A DNA stretch of 64,000 nt from NCBI GenBank assembly GCA_965223545.1, contig OZ245006.1, forward strand, positions 5,120,001 through 5,184,000, in the 5' to 3' direction. This DNA comes from Planctomycetota bacterium (GTDB taxonomy: Bacteria; Planctomycetota; UBA1135; UBA2386). How positions within the stretch are numbered: the first letter of the stretch is position 1; every line of letters begins with the position of its first letter. Both the position numbers and the translations under genes were made by a program. This document shows positions 54,520 through 63,301 of this stretch, in pieces. A model generated the notes under the pieces. It did no database searches. It was not told the DNA's origin and was given only the letters and a program-made list of their open reading frames with translations.

Positions 54520-55878
54520 GTGTCGGTGACCGATCCCCGACGGGGTACCGTCGTGATGCGCGATCCGGTGCACGGCGACATCGAGCTGTCCCGCGAGGAG
54601 CTCTCGGTGATCGATACCGCCGAGTTCCAGCGCCTGCGGGGCGTCAAGCAGCTCGGCACGGCCTATCTCGTGTACCCGGGTGCGTCGCACACCCGCTTCG
54701 AGCACTCGATCGGCACGCTGCACATGACCGAGCGGCTGCTCGACGCCGTCAACCGCCACGCCGCGCGCGACAGCAGCTGCGCGGCGGTCGATGGCGAGGC
54801 GCGGCGCGTGCTGCGCTTGGCGGCGCTGTTGCACGACATCACGCACGTGCCGTTCGGCCACAACATCGAGGATCAGACCGGCTTGCTACCGCGCCACGAC
54901 ACGCCTGATCGGTTTGCTCGGGTCTTGGGCGATACCGAGGTCGGGGCCGTGCTGGAACGCGCAGGCGTGCGCGATGCGGTGCTGGCGGTGCTCGCCGGGC
55001 GCGGCCCGGAGGTGCCGGTGTTCTGGCGTCAGGTGCTGTCCGACACCATCGACAGCGATCTGATGGACTACCTGCGGCGCGATGCCTACTACACCGGGCT
55101 CGAGCTGCGCTACGACCAGCGCGTGGTCGGCGATTTTCGCGTCGATCGACAGAGCCAGCGCCTGTTCGTCGACTGCGAAAAGCAGGGGATGCTGCGCGAG
55201 GACATCATGTCCGAGCTGATCCGGCTGCTCGAGATCCGCTACCACTTCTCCGAGCGCGTCTACTACCACCACGCCAAGGTCGCCGCCGGCGCGTTGATCG
55301 CCCGCATGGTCGAGCTGGCGATGCGCAGCGGCCAGCTGACCGCGGCCGCGCTGCAAGAGGCCACCGACCAGTCGCTGTTAGACCACCTGACCCGCGCCGG
55401 CGAGGCCGGCGACGCGCGCCTGCTGCGCTTCGCCCGCCGCTTTGCCCGCCGCGAACTGCCCAAACGCGTCCTGGTGTTGCCGATGTACCTCAACCGCGGC
55501 GTACAGGACGCGCTGCTGGAGCACTACTTCCAACCCGGCGCCGCCGAGACCCGGCGCGCGTGGGAGCGCGACGTCGAGGAGCGCGCCCGCGCCGTCCTCG
55601 GGCTCGACCTGGACGTGATCCTGTACTGTCCGGCGCGCGCGATGCAGCTCAAAGAGGCGCGCACGCTGGTGCGTCTCCCCGGCAGCGGCGACCGCATCGT
55701 GCCGCTGTCCGACTTCGCCGATCAATTACCGCGGCTGCGCGACCTGGAGGCGAGCTACCCGCGGCTGTGGAAGCTCTACGTGCTCACCTCTGCCCGTGAG
55801 CTTCCTGTGCGCCGCAAGCTGCAGGAGCTCTGCATGGAGGCGCTGCCCGACGGTTGCGTCAACGCGCTGCGCCTCTGA
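54520..55878 (+). CDS. HD-domain phosphohydrolase (YdhJ/SAMHD1-like, possible dNTPase)
   Basis: RDPVHG, FQRLRGVKQLG, HTRFEHS.G, ALLHD..H.PFGH, D.D.MDYL.RD, VYYHH. Confidence 0.9.
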   Translation: MSVTDPRRGTVVMRDPVHGDIELSREELSVIDTAEFQRLRGVKQLGTAYLVYPGASHTRFEHSIGTLHMTERLLDAVNRHAARDSSCAAVDGEARRVLRLAALLHDITHVPFGHNIEDQTGLLPRHDTPDRFARVLGDTEVGAVLERAGVRDAVLAVLAGRGPEVPVFWRQVLSDTIDSDLMDYLRRDAYYTGLELRYDQRVVGDFRVDRQSQRLFVDCEKQGMLREDIMSELIRLLEIRYHFSERVYYHHAKVAAGALIARMVELAMRSGQLTAAALQEATDQSLLDHLTRAGEAGDARLLRFARRFARRELPKRVLVLPMYLNRGVQDALLEHYFQPGAAETRRAWERDVEERARAVLGLDLDVILYCPARAMQLKEARTLVRLPGSGDRIVPLSDFADQLPRLRDLEASYPRLWKLYVLTSARELPVRRKLQELCMEALPDGCVNALRL

Positions 55879-55994
55879 CGCGAGTGTGCGGGTTCTGTGC
55901 CGCAGGCCAGGTCTGGGACGCTGCATTCTGGGAGCCCCACCGTCAACCCGGTTACCCGTGGGATAAGATCACGCCCGGGAGGTCGAGGTTCGCC

Positions 55995-56162
55995 ATGATC
56001 CACGCTGTCAGGTGTCCCCTGTTCTTCGTCTTGCTCGGCGCCGTGATCACGCCATCGCGAGGTCAATCCCCCGCCCAGCGGAGCGCCGAGGGAGCGCACG
56101 AGGCTGACGGAGCACTACTCCGTCCGGCCCGAAGGCCTGGAGTTTGCCGTCGAGCTCGGTGA
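55995..56162 (+). pseudogene. Possible 5' remnant of an exported-protein gene
   Basis: GGAGG/GAGG SD, ATG and signal-peptide-like MIHAVRCPLFFVLLGAVITPS, then an early stop. Confidence 0.3.
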
Positions 56163-56230
56163 GATTCCGGCGGTACAGGAGACTTGGTCGTGAGATTCTC
56201 GATGGCGTTGGATCGCCGTGGAGTAGTTCC

Positions 56231-56743
56231 CTATTGGATCACGTCGTAGCCCTGGACACTGACAAGGCCACGATCCTGGACATTGCCGGACGGATAGCGC
56301 TCGATGTCTGCGGTGAGCTTCAATGAGCGCGCGCGGCCGCGCCATCGGACAAGGACACTCATGCCGCGCGGGGCTATCCCCCCTTGGCGTGCGAGCCCTA
56401 GGATGCTGTTGTCGATCGGAAGCCTGACCTTGCCAAAGCTCGGCAGGATCGCCCCCGCGAGACCAGAGAAAGTCGCGGTGACGTTGCCGCTAGCGTCGAG
56501 GATACTCACATTGCCAAGTGTGATCGGCTGGGACTCGCTCACGTTCGTGATATGACATACCGTATCGTATAGGTAGCGATTGCCACCCTCGCGAAAGTAC
56601 TCGGCACGTACGACGGTGGCTCTTAGGTCGTTATTCTGGGGTCCGGCTGGCCAGGTGTGACTTGCGAGTTCTGCCGGCTTGAAGGCGCTGATGAGGATGG
56701 CGCACGCCAAGAGCGCCGTGAGTGAGGCAAATGTGAGCTTCAT
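56231..56743 (-). CDS. Exported hypothetical protein (weakly DUF3124-like)
   Basis: AGGAG SD; signal peptide MKLTFASLTALLACAILISA; HITNVS..PITL..V...D.SG pattern. Confidence 0.6.
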   Translation of the reverse strand: MKLTFASLTALLACAILISAFKPAELASHTWPAGPQNNDLRATVVRAEYFREGGNRYLYDTVCHITNVSESQPITLGNVSILDASGNVTATFSGLAGAILPSFGKVRLPIDNSILGLARQGGIAPRGMSVLVRWRGRARSLKLTADIERYPSGNVQDRGLVSVQGYDVIQ

Positions 56744-57032
56744 CTGGTGCTCCTTTGGTAGATAGAGGATCCTCGACGCGCCAGCCCCCAAGCCACAGGC
56801 GCACTCTGCCACGATACCACGGATCCGAGCGAGCACCGATCGGCCACTCGACCGAGCGCCAGCGAGGCACATCCGCGGCGGGGCAGCCCGCTGATTGCGA
56901 TTGGCGCGTGATTGGCCACGACCAGGTCCCCGTACGTCCGAATCCGTGGAGGGGCGTGAGGCCTCGGCCTGCTCGACGGCCCGATTACAAACCTGCCGGC
57001 GTGCGAATGCACCGCCGCCAAGTGAGAAAAGC

Positions 57033-57051
57033 GAGCCTGACACCGTACGTC
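57033..57051 (-). repeat. Degenerate partial copy of the REP-like palindrome
   Basis: - strand GACG-TACGGTGTCAGGCTC vs GACGGTACGGAGTCAGGCTC at 57873-57892 (one gap, one mismatch). Confidence 0.55.
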
Positions 57052-57067
57052 TCGTAATCTCGGGACG

Positions 57068-57874
57068 ATGGTTGGCATGCGCTTGATCTCCGTTGTCCTG
57101 TTGGCAGCTTCCGCGCCCTGCTTCGTTCTCTCGGAGCCGCGCCGCGAGCAGAGCGCCGTCGCGGTCCTTGGCACGTTTCACATGGCCAACCCCGGCCGTG
57201 ACGTGGTCAACGCAAACGTCGACGACGTGCTCTCCGAGGATCGTCAGCAGCAGCTCCAGGAGCTGTGTGACCTCTTGGCTGCCTTCGAACCGACGCACAT
57301 CGCGGTCGAGGCCGTGCCGGACCGCGCCGACGAGTTGGCGCGGCGCTACGCGGAGTACCGCGCCGGCACGCTGGAGCCCGATCGCAACGAGATCGTGCAG
57401 GTCGCGTTCCGCCTCGCGGACGCACTCGGGCACGAGCGCGTTTGGCCCGTGGACCATCGGCAGGACATGGCGATTGGCTCGGTGATGCAGTACGCGCAGC
57501 AGAACGACCCCGCCGCCGCCGCGCTGCTGGGCGAGTGGCGCGGGAAGATGCAGGCCACGCTGGACGAGGTCATGGCCAAACCGATCGTCGACATCTTCCG
57601 CTGGGCGAACCACCCCGACCGCGCCGCGGAGCACGACGCCGTCTACCTTCGCATGGCGCAGATCGGCGGTGGAGACACAATGGTCGGAGCGCAGGCGGTC
57701 GGCACATGGTACGCGCGCAACCTCGCGATCTTCGCGAACGTCGCCGCACTGGCCAGCGATCCTGACGCGCGGGTGCTGGTCCTGATCGGCGCCGGACACG
57801 CCCCTCTCCTCTGCGACTTCGTCCGCGGCGCGGACAACCTCGACCTGATCGACATCACCGAAGTCCTGAAGTGA
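57068..57874 (+). CDS. DUF5694-like exported protein
   Basis: VLGTFHMANPG.D, DDVLS..RQ, F.PTHIAVE, NEIVQ.AFRLA, WYARNL.IF.N, LIGAGH. Confidence 0.8.
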   Translation: MVGMRLISVVLLAASAPCFVLSEPRREQSAVAVLGTFHMANPGRDVVNANVDDVLSEDRQQQLQELCDLLAAFEPTHIAVEAVPDRADELARRYAEYRAGTLEPDRNEIVQVAFRLADALGHERVWPVDHRQDMAIGSVMQYAQQNDPAAAALLGEWRGKMQATLDEVMAKPIVDIFRWANHPDRAAEHDAVYLRMAQIGGGDTMVGAQAVGTWYARNLAIFANVAALASDPDARVLVLIGAGHAPLLCDFVRGADNLDLIDITEVLK

Positions 57875-57903
57875 CGGTACGGAGTCAGGCTCCGTACCGT
57901 CAG
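57871..57903. repeat. REP-like palindrome, unoccupied IS110 target homolog
   Basis: GTGACGGTACGGAGT-CAG-GCTCCGTACCGTCAG; 31/33 identical to the site reconstituted around IS110 copy B. Confidence 0.9.
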
Positions 57904-57921
57904 GCTCGGTACGGAGATCCG

Positions 57922-59697
57922 ATGGCACATGGCTTCGTTCGCTCGCTCGTCCCAGCCCTGGTCTTGATACCGGCACTGGCCGCAGCCACCCAAGACCGGT
58001 CGCAGCGGGCAGCCGAGGAACGTGCGCTGATCGAGGGGGCAGTGGGCGATCCGCTGTCGCAGCGCGCGGCCGAGGCGTTCAACAAGCGCGACTGGCAGGA
58101 GGCCGAGCGAGCCTACGCCGCGCTCGTCGAGCGGGACCCGGCCGACGAGCGCGCTTGGTTGCGGCTCGGAACGGCACTGCACGCGCAGCAGAAGCTGGAC
58201 GCGGCGCTGCGGGCGTACGAGCACGCACTGGACTTCCCCAGCGCTGCCTACAACGCCGCTTGCATCCATGCGCTGCGCGGCGCTACGGACTTGGCACTCG
58301 ACCGGCTCCGCTCCGCGGTTGAAGTTGGGTTCCTCGATTTCGAGCACGCGCGGCGCGACCCGGATCTGTCGAACCTGCACGAAGACCCGGCCTTCGCGGC
58401 CGTGCTCGCGGCGATGGAGCGGCGGATGAAGACGCCGCTGCCCGAGGCGGTCCTCGGTCAGGCCGCGCCCGACTTCGAGCTCACCGACGTCGACGGCCGA
58501 CGCCATCGGCTCGAGTCGTACCGTGGGCGAATCGTCGTCCTCGAATGGACGAGCCACACGTGCCCGACGGTTGCACGCTACCACGAGTCGGCGAGACTGC
58601 CGGCGTCGGTCGCCGGTGTGACCGGCGATGACCTCGTGTGGCTCGCCATCGACTCCGGCGCAGAATGTGACGAGTGGGTCGACGCGATCCGAGAGTGGCG
58701 CTCGACGGTCGGCCACCGCCGCCCCTACCTGCTGGACCCATCGGGCGCGACGGGTCACCGCTACGGAGCGCAGGCGACACCTCAGATTTTCGTGATCGAC
58801 GGTTCCGGAGTGCTGCGCTACTCGGGGACTGTCGACGACGAAGGCGCGACCATCGACTACGTCGCCGCGACGGTCGCGGCGTTGCGCGAGGGTCGCGACC
58901 CGGCACCGACTTCCACCGAGCTCCGTGGCTGCACGATCAAGTACGCATCGGTGCTGCCAGGATTCGTCGCTGCCGACGTGTGGCAGTGCCCGCCCTGCGG
59001 CCTGCCGTGCGATCGCATCGTGTTCGCGACGCCGGGCCGCTGCCCGCAGTGTCGCATGGTCCTGGCCGCTCGAGTGCGGCGCAACGTGCAGACCGCGGCG
59101 AAGCCACACGCACAGCCGTTGTTCGACGCGGCCCGGATCGCCGCAAGAGCGGGTGAAGCGCAGCCGTGTCTCGCGAGCTTGCGTGCCGCGTTGGTCGCCG
59201 GCTTCGCGACACCCTCCAGGGTTCTGAGCGACGACGCGTTCGCCCCGCTGCTCGCCGTGCCCGAACCGCGCGCGGCGCTCCGCGAGCTGTTGGCCGAGTT
59301 CGCGAGCGAGTCGACGGCGACCATTGTCCGCAGCACGGAGCCCGGCAATCGCCTGCGGCTCGAGCTCACGATTCATGAAGCGGCGGGTACGCCCGTCGTC
59401 GACGCGCGCGTGGACCTGTACCAGACCGACGCTGCGGGCATCTACGATCCGGTGCACGGTTCGGAGAACCCACGTCTGTTCGCCAGCCTCGTTAGCGATC
59501 GCGACGGCCGCCTGGTCATCGACACGATCGTGCCCGCGGGCTACCCGGACGCGGACGTCTCCCCGCACGTTCACTACGTCGTCGAGACTGCCGGCGGGAC
59601 ACGCGACAGCGGCGAGATCGTGAGGAGAGTGACGGTACGGAGCCAGTCCTGCCCCGGCAGATTTGTCGGCCCTTCAGGGCAGGAAACTAGCCGCTGA
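57922..59697 (+). CDS. Multidomain exported protein: TPR + redoxin + CxxC metal-binding + intradiol-dioxygenase-like; 3' end reads into IS110
   Basis: TPR (AWLRLG..L, YNAAC..AL.G), APDFELTD.DG...VVLEWTSHTCP, WQCPPC...C...PGRCPQC.M, YQTDAAG.Y..., TIVP..YP...PHVHY; last 17 or so codons come from the IS left end. Confidence 0.78.
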   Translation: MAHGFVRSLVPALVLIPALAAATQDRSQRAAEERALIEGAVGDPLSQRAAEAFNKRDWQEAERAYAALVERDPADERAWLRLGTALHAQQKLDAALRAYEHALDFPSAAYNAACIHALRGATDLALDRLRSAVEVGFLDFEHARRDPDLSNLHEDPAFAAVLAAMERRMKTPLPEAVLGQAAPDFELTDVDGRRHRLESYRGRIVVLEWTSHTCPTVARYHESARLPASVAGVTGDDLVWLAIDSGAECDEWVDAIREWRSTVGHRRPYLLDPSGATGHRYGAQATPQIFVIDGSGVLRYSGTVDDEGATIDYVAATVAALREGRDPAPTSTELRGCTIKYASVLPGFVAADVWQCPPCGLPCDRIVFATPGRCPQCRMVLAARVRRNVQTAAKPHAQPLFDAARIAARAGEAQPCLASLRAALVAGFATPSRVLSDDAFAPLLAVPEPRAALRELLAEFASESTATIVRSTEPGNRLRLELTIHEAAGTPVVDARVDLYQTDAAGIYDPVHGSENPRLFASLVSDRDGRLVIDTIVPAGYPDADVSPHVHYVVETAGGTRDSGEIVRRVTVRSQSCPGRFVGPSGQETSR

Positions 59698-59896
59698 GGA
59701 AGGGGGAGGGGAACGTGTGAGGGGCCCGGCAGCTACGCCCCCAATAGCCACTGGAGCACGTTTGCCCCAGAGCCAGTCTGGGTCCGAGTTGGCCATCCTT
59801 CACTGGTGAGGGGCACGTCGCCGTGCCCACTCCCGCAGGTCAGATTCGTTTGATCGCCGCCTCGGGCCGGGCCCACCACAACAATGAGGATGAAGT
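59647..59896 (+). ncRNA. Candidate bridge RNA, IS110 element 2 copy B
   Basis: Stems TCCTGCCC/GGGCAGGA, GGGCCCGGC(59722-59730)/GCCGGGCCC(59866-59874), GGGCACG/CGTGCCC; target-like GAGCCAG (59770-59776); donor-like CAGGTCAG (59836-59843). Confidence 0.65.
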
Positions 59897-61279
59897 ATGG
59901 CTGGGAAGAGCAGAACGAGGAAGGGCAAGAAGCCCGCAGCGGAAGTATTGCCAGTCGTGAAGCCCAACGCCGCCGGAATCGACATCGGCAGCCGCGAGCA
60001 CTGGGTGTGCGCAGCAGCACCCGACGGCAGTCGTCCGATCAAGCGATTCGGAACGACGACGCCCCAGCTAGAGGCGCTCGCGGACTGGCTGGAGGAGCTC
60101 GGAGTGCGATCCGTCGCGATGGAGAGCACCTATGTCTACTGGATTCCCGTCTACGAGCTACTCGAGTCGAGAGGCTTCGAGGTCATCCTCGCGAATGCCC
60201 GCGAGGTGAAGAACGTGCCGGGCCGCTCCAAGTCCGATGCCAGCGATTGCAGTTGGCTGCAGAAGCTACACACCTATGGCCTCATTCGCGCTTCGTTCCG
60301 GCCTCCGAAGGACATCTGTGCGTTGCGGACCCTGCAACGCCATGCCGCGTCTTTGATCGCGCAGCGCACGCGCCACACGCAGTTGATGCAGCGGTCACTG
60401 GATCAGATGAACGTGGCGATCCATCGCGCGGTAACGGACATCACCGGCAAGACCGGCCTCGCGATCATCCGCGCGATTCTCGCTGGTGAACGCGACCCTC
60501 GAGCGCTCGCCAGACTGCGTGATCCGCGCTGCAAGATCTCCGAGAAGGAGCTCGCGGATCACTTGCAAGGGACCTGGATCGAGGAGCACATCTTCACTCT
60601 CGCTTCGGGCTTGCGGATGCTCGAGCACACCGACCACGAGATCGAGTCGGTCGAGAAGCGATTGATGGCGATGATCGAGGACCTGCAACCGGAGGAAGCC
60701 AAGACGGCCGACGTCCCCGAGCATCCAGACCCCCGCAAGGAGAGGAGCATCCGAACGAAGGGCGGCCGGGAGCTTCGCGATGCCCTCTGCCGGCTCGTCG
60801 GGTGTGATCTCACGCGAATCGACGGTATCAGCCCGAGCACGGCCATGATCGTGCTCACCGAGGTCGGCTACGACCTCGAAGCTTTCCCGACCGAGAAGCA
60901 CTTCGTCTCCTGGCTACGCCTGTGCCCACGTCAAGCCGTCTCGGGTGGAAAGCGCATCAAGAAGCACCGCAACAACATCGCGGTCAGCAGGATCGCCACG
61001 GTCCTCCGGATGGCCGCCCTGTCCCTCCAACGTACTCAGACAGCTCTCGGCGCACACTTCCGCAAGATCGCCCGCGCGAAGGACGGCAACGTCGCCATCT
61101 TTGCCATCGCCCGCAAACTGGCCCTGCTCATCTACCGCATGCTGAAGTTCGGCCAGGACTACGTAGACGAAGGCGCCAAGGCCTACGAGGAGCGCTTCAC
61201 CCAGCGACGCATCGTCGGACTCCGACAGAACGCTAAATCCCTCGGGTACAAGCTCATACCGATCGCCGAGGCTGGGTGA
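59897..61279 (+). CDS. IS110-family recombinase/transposase (copy B)
   Basis: DEDD motifs and SGGK serine motif; identical to 42182..43564. Confidence 0.95.
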   Translation: MAGKSRTRKGKKPAAEVLPVVKPNAAGIDIGSREHWVCAAAPDGSRPIKRFGTTTPQLEALADWLEELGVRSVAMESTYVYWIPVYELLESRGFEVILANAREVKNVPGRSKSDASDCSWLQKLHTYGLIRASFRPPKDICALRTLQRHAASLIAQRTRHTQLMQRSLDQMNVAIHRAVTDITGKTGLAIIRAILAGERDPRALARLRDPRCKISEKELADHLQGTWIEEHIFTLASGLRMLEHTDHEIESVEKRLMAMIEDLQPEEAKTADVPEHPDPRKERSIRTKGGRELRDALCRLVGCDLTRIDGISPSTAMIVLTEVGYDLEAFPTEKHFVSWLRLCPRQAVSGGKRIKKHRNNIAVSRIATVLRMAALSLQRTQTALGAHFRKIARAKDGNVAIFAIARKLALLIYRMLKFGQDYVDEGAKAYEERFTQRRIVGLRQNAKSLGYKLIPIAEAG

Positions 61280-61312
61280 GTTTCAGGTCAGGCTCCGTAC
61301 CGTCACCCCTAC

Positions 61313-63301
61313 CCCAACTTCCGCAGTTCGACGGGTCGTCACGTTGAAAAGCAACGACTTACGTCGATTGGTTGGCACTACATCGCGGTCGAACGGAGTG
61401 GCGCGGGGACGGATAGCCTCCTGGGTAGCTGGATGCCGAGCCGGTCGAGCAGGTGCGCCTGCGCCTCGTTGGGGGTGACCACGCAGCGGACCCGGAGTTC
61501 GCGGCCGTCAGTAGTTGGCAGGAGCACGTCTGCGCTTTGGACCTGACGGAGCTCCTCGAGGATGGCGGCCGGGCTGTTGCCGAGTCCGGCCTTCTCCTGC
61601 CAGAGCTCGAGCGTTTTCCACAAGGCGTAGGCGAGGAAGCAGACGAGGATGTGCGCCCTGACCCGGTCCTCGCGTTGATGCCACACCGGGCGGATCGACA
61701 GCTCGGACTTCTGGATCCGAAACGCGGACTCAGCATCAGTGAGCTGGATGTACGTCCGCCAAAGCTCCTCATCTGTCCAACCCGTCACGTTGGACCTGAG
61801 CAGGTAGCACCCGGCGCTCTGGTCCACCCAGTTCGTGTTCTCACAAGCCTCCACGGCAAGCCCCGATGGTCGATCCGGGGCTTCGATCAACGAAACCGAG
61901 AAGCACGTGGAGGCCCGCGAGTTCTGGGCCAAGATGCGTCCGATCTGTTGATTGACGCGGTCCCGTTCGATCGACTTCTTCGACGCCGCCAGTCGGCGTT
62001 CGAGCGACGCAAGCCTCGCGCGAATGCGTTCGGCTGCTCGCGCGACAATTGCGGCGTCCTTCTCGATGCGCGCCTGGGAGCGACACAGGATGAACGTCTC
62101 CTCCCCGTCCTCGCTCGGGCAGAGCTTGACCTCGACATCCTCACGAATGCTGCGCCAGTCTCGACGGTCGACGATCTCCTGTTCGAAGCGGCGCAGGTCC
62201 GAACGCGATGCGCCGATGACGTACCGTCGCCTTCCCTCCTTCAACCATTTCAGGTTGCGCTTGCTCACCATTCCGCGGTCCATGACCCAGATGCGATCAG
62301 CAGCACCGAATCGCCGCTCCATCGTCTCGACGATCTCGCGGACCGTCGTGACGTCAGTCCGATTGCCGTCGAACACTTCGTGCGCAAGAGGGATTCCCTG
62401 TCTGGTCACGACCAGAGCGATGCAAACCTGTTTGCAGTCAGGCCGGTGATCTCGGCTGTAGCCACGCTGCGCCTGGGGGTTGCCCAGCATGAGGCCTTCG
62501 AAGTAGGTCGAGGTCACGTCGTAGAGCAGCAAGTCGTACTGAACGTCGAACAACTCGCCGAGCCGTGCGCGGAGATGCTGCTCCAGCGCCTCTTTGTGCG
62601 GCAGGATCTGGTCGAGAGCCCGGTAGAGCCGGTCGTCGTTGACCTTGCCTTCCGGCAGGCCAAGCAGGTCGTCAAGCGCGGTCTGGCGGTACAGGACTTC
62701 AGCCAGGTGCAGCTCGCTGGAGGGCATGCACAACCGACAGATGACCATCGCTGCCGCCATCGTCGACCACGGGACATCTTCACGGCCCCGCGGCATGAGC
62801 TCCCAGAGTGCGTCGTCGAACTTCAGTGCGTGCCACAGCGCCAGGCCGACGAAAACGTCGCCGAAGCGGCGTGTCCGGTCGAGGCTGACCTCCTTCAAGC
62901 GAATCGACTCGACCGGGTCGTCGTCTGTCACCGGTGGCTCAAACAGGCTCGGGTGCATTCGGCGACCGGTCATCCGATCTGCCAGCGCACGAGCCCGGCG
63001 TCGCCCCTTCGCATCCAGTTTGCCCAGCTGCGCGATCACCTCCTGCCGCACTCGACGACCGTGCCGCACCGACCGAACGAGGAGCCAGTACTCGTGGGTC
63101 TTGCCGTTCTTTCTGACCGTCTTGCGTCGCAGGTACACGTCCGCCGCCTCGCACACAGTTGTCGTGCTCCCTGCCACACCGATCAACGGGGCGGGTTGGC
63201 ACTACACGGCCGATCTGCGCCGCCGCGACGGTGGATAGCGGGCTGGCGCCGCGCCGAGGCTCCGAATTGGCCTCAAAAATCGTCGAGCTGCGGAAGTTGG
63301 G
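61313..63301 (-). mobile_element. IS1634-family insertion sequence
   Basis: Terminal IRs CCCAACTTCCGCAG(T/C)TCGACG, 20/21 (61313-61333, 63281-63301); flanking direct repeat CTAC (61309-61312, 63302-63305). Confidence 0.92.
61378..63138 (-). CDS. IS1634-family DDE transposase
   Basis: LYDVTSTYFEG, RGYSRDHRPDCKQV, VMDRGM, Y..L..AESAFR..K..L..RPVWHQ...RV.AHI.VCFLAY; GTG start at 63138. Confidence 0.94.
   Translation of the reverse strand: MYLRRKTVRKNGKTHEYWLLVRSVRHGRRVRQEVIAQLGKLDAKGRRRARALADRMTGRRMHPSLFEPPVTDDDPVESIRLKEVSLDRTRRFGDVFVGLALWHALKFDDALWELMPRGREDVPWSTMAAAMVICRLCMPSSELHLAEVLYRQTALDDLLGLPEGKVNDDRLYRALDQILPHKEALEQHLRARLGELFDVQYDLLLYDVTSTYFEGLMLGNPQAQRGYSRDHRPDCKQVCIALVVTRQGIPLAHEVFDGNRTDVTTVREIVETMERRFGAADRIWVMDRGMVSKRNLKWLKEGRRRYVIGASRSDLRRFEQEIVDRRDWRSIREDVEVKLCPSEDGEETFILCRSQARIEKDAAIVARAAERIRARLASLERRLAASKKSIERDRVNQQIGRILAQNSRASTCFSVSLIEAPDRPSGLAVEACENTNWVDQSAGCYLLRSNVTGWTDEELWRTYIQLTDAESAFRIQKSELSIRPVWHQREDRVRAHILVCFLAYALWKTLELWQEKAGLGNSPAAILEELRQVQSADVLLPTTDGRELRVRCVVTPNEAQAHLLDRLGIQLPRRLSVPAPLRSTAM

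Larger units (their letters stand above)
59644..61291 (+). mobile_element. IS110-family element 2, copy B (1648 bp including both CAG cores)
   Basis: Flanks 59629-59643 and 61292-61306 are a perfect 15-bp inverted repeat; no terminal IRs; about 250-bp left end and about 12-bp right end. Confidence 0.95.

Noticed and set aside
54520..55878. HD hydrolase as an anti-phage dNTPase system
   Set aside because: No neighbouring defence genes and host-like codon usage; the sequence alone cannot support a defence role.
57033..61306. Palindromes as CRISPR repeats or integron attC sites
   Set aside because: Spacing is gene-sized, no cas or integrase gene is in the window, and there are no RYYYAAC/GTTRRRY ends; REP-like fits better.
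63259..63268. GGCTCCGAAT inside the IS1634 end resembling the IS110 target right arm
   Set aside because: No matching left arm or CAG core; likely chance in GC-rich DNA.
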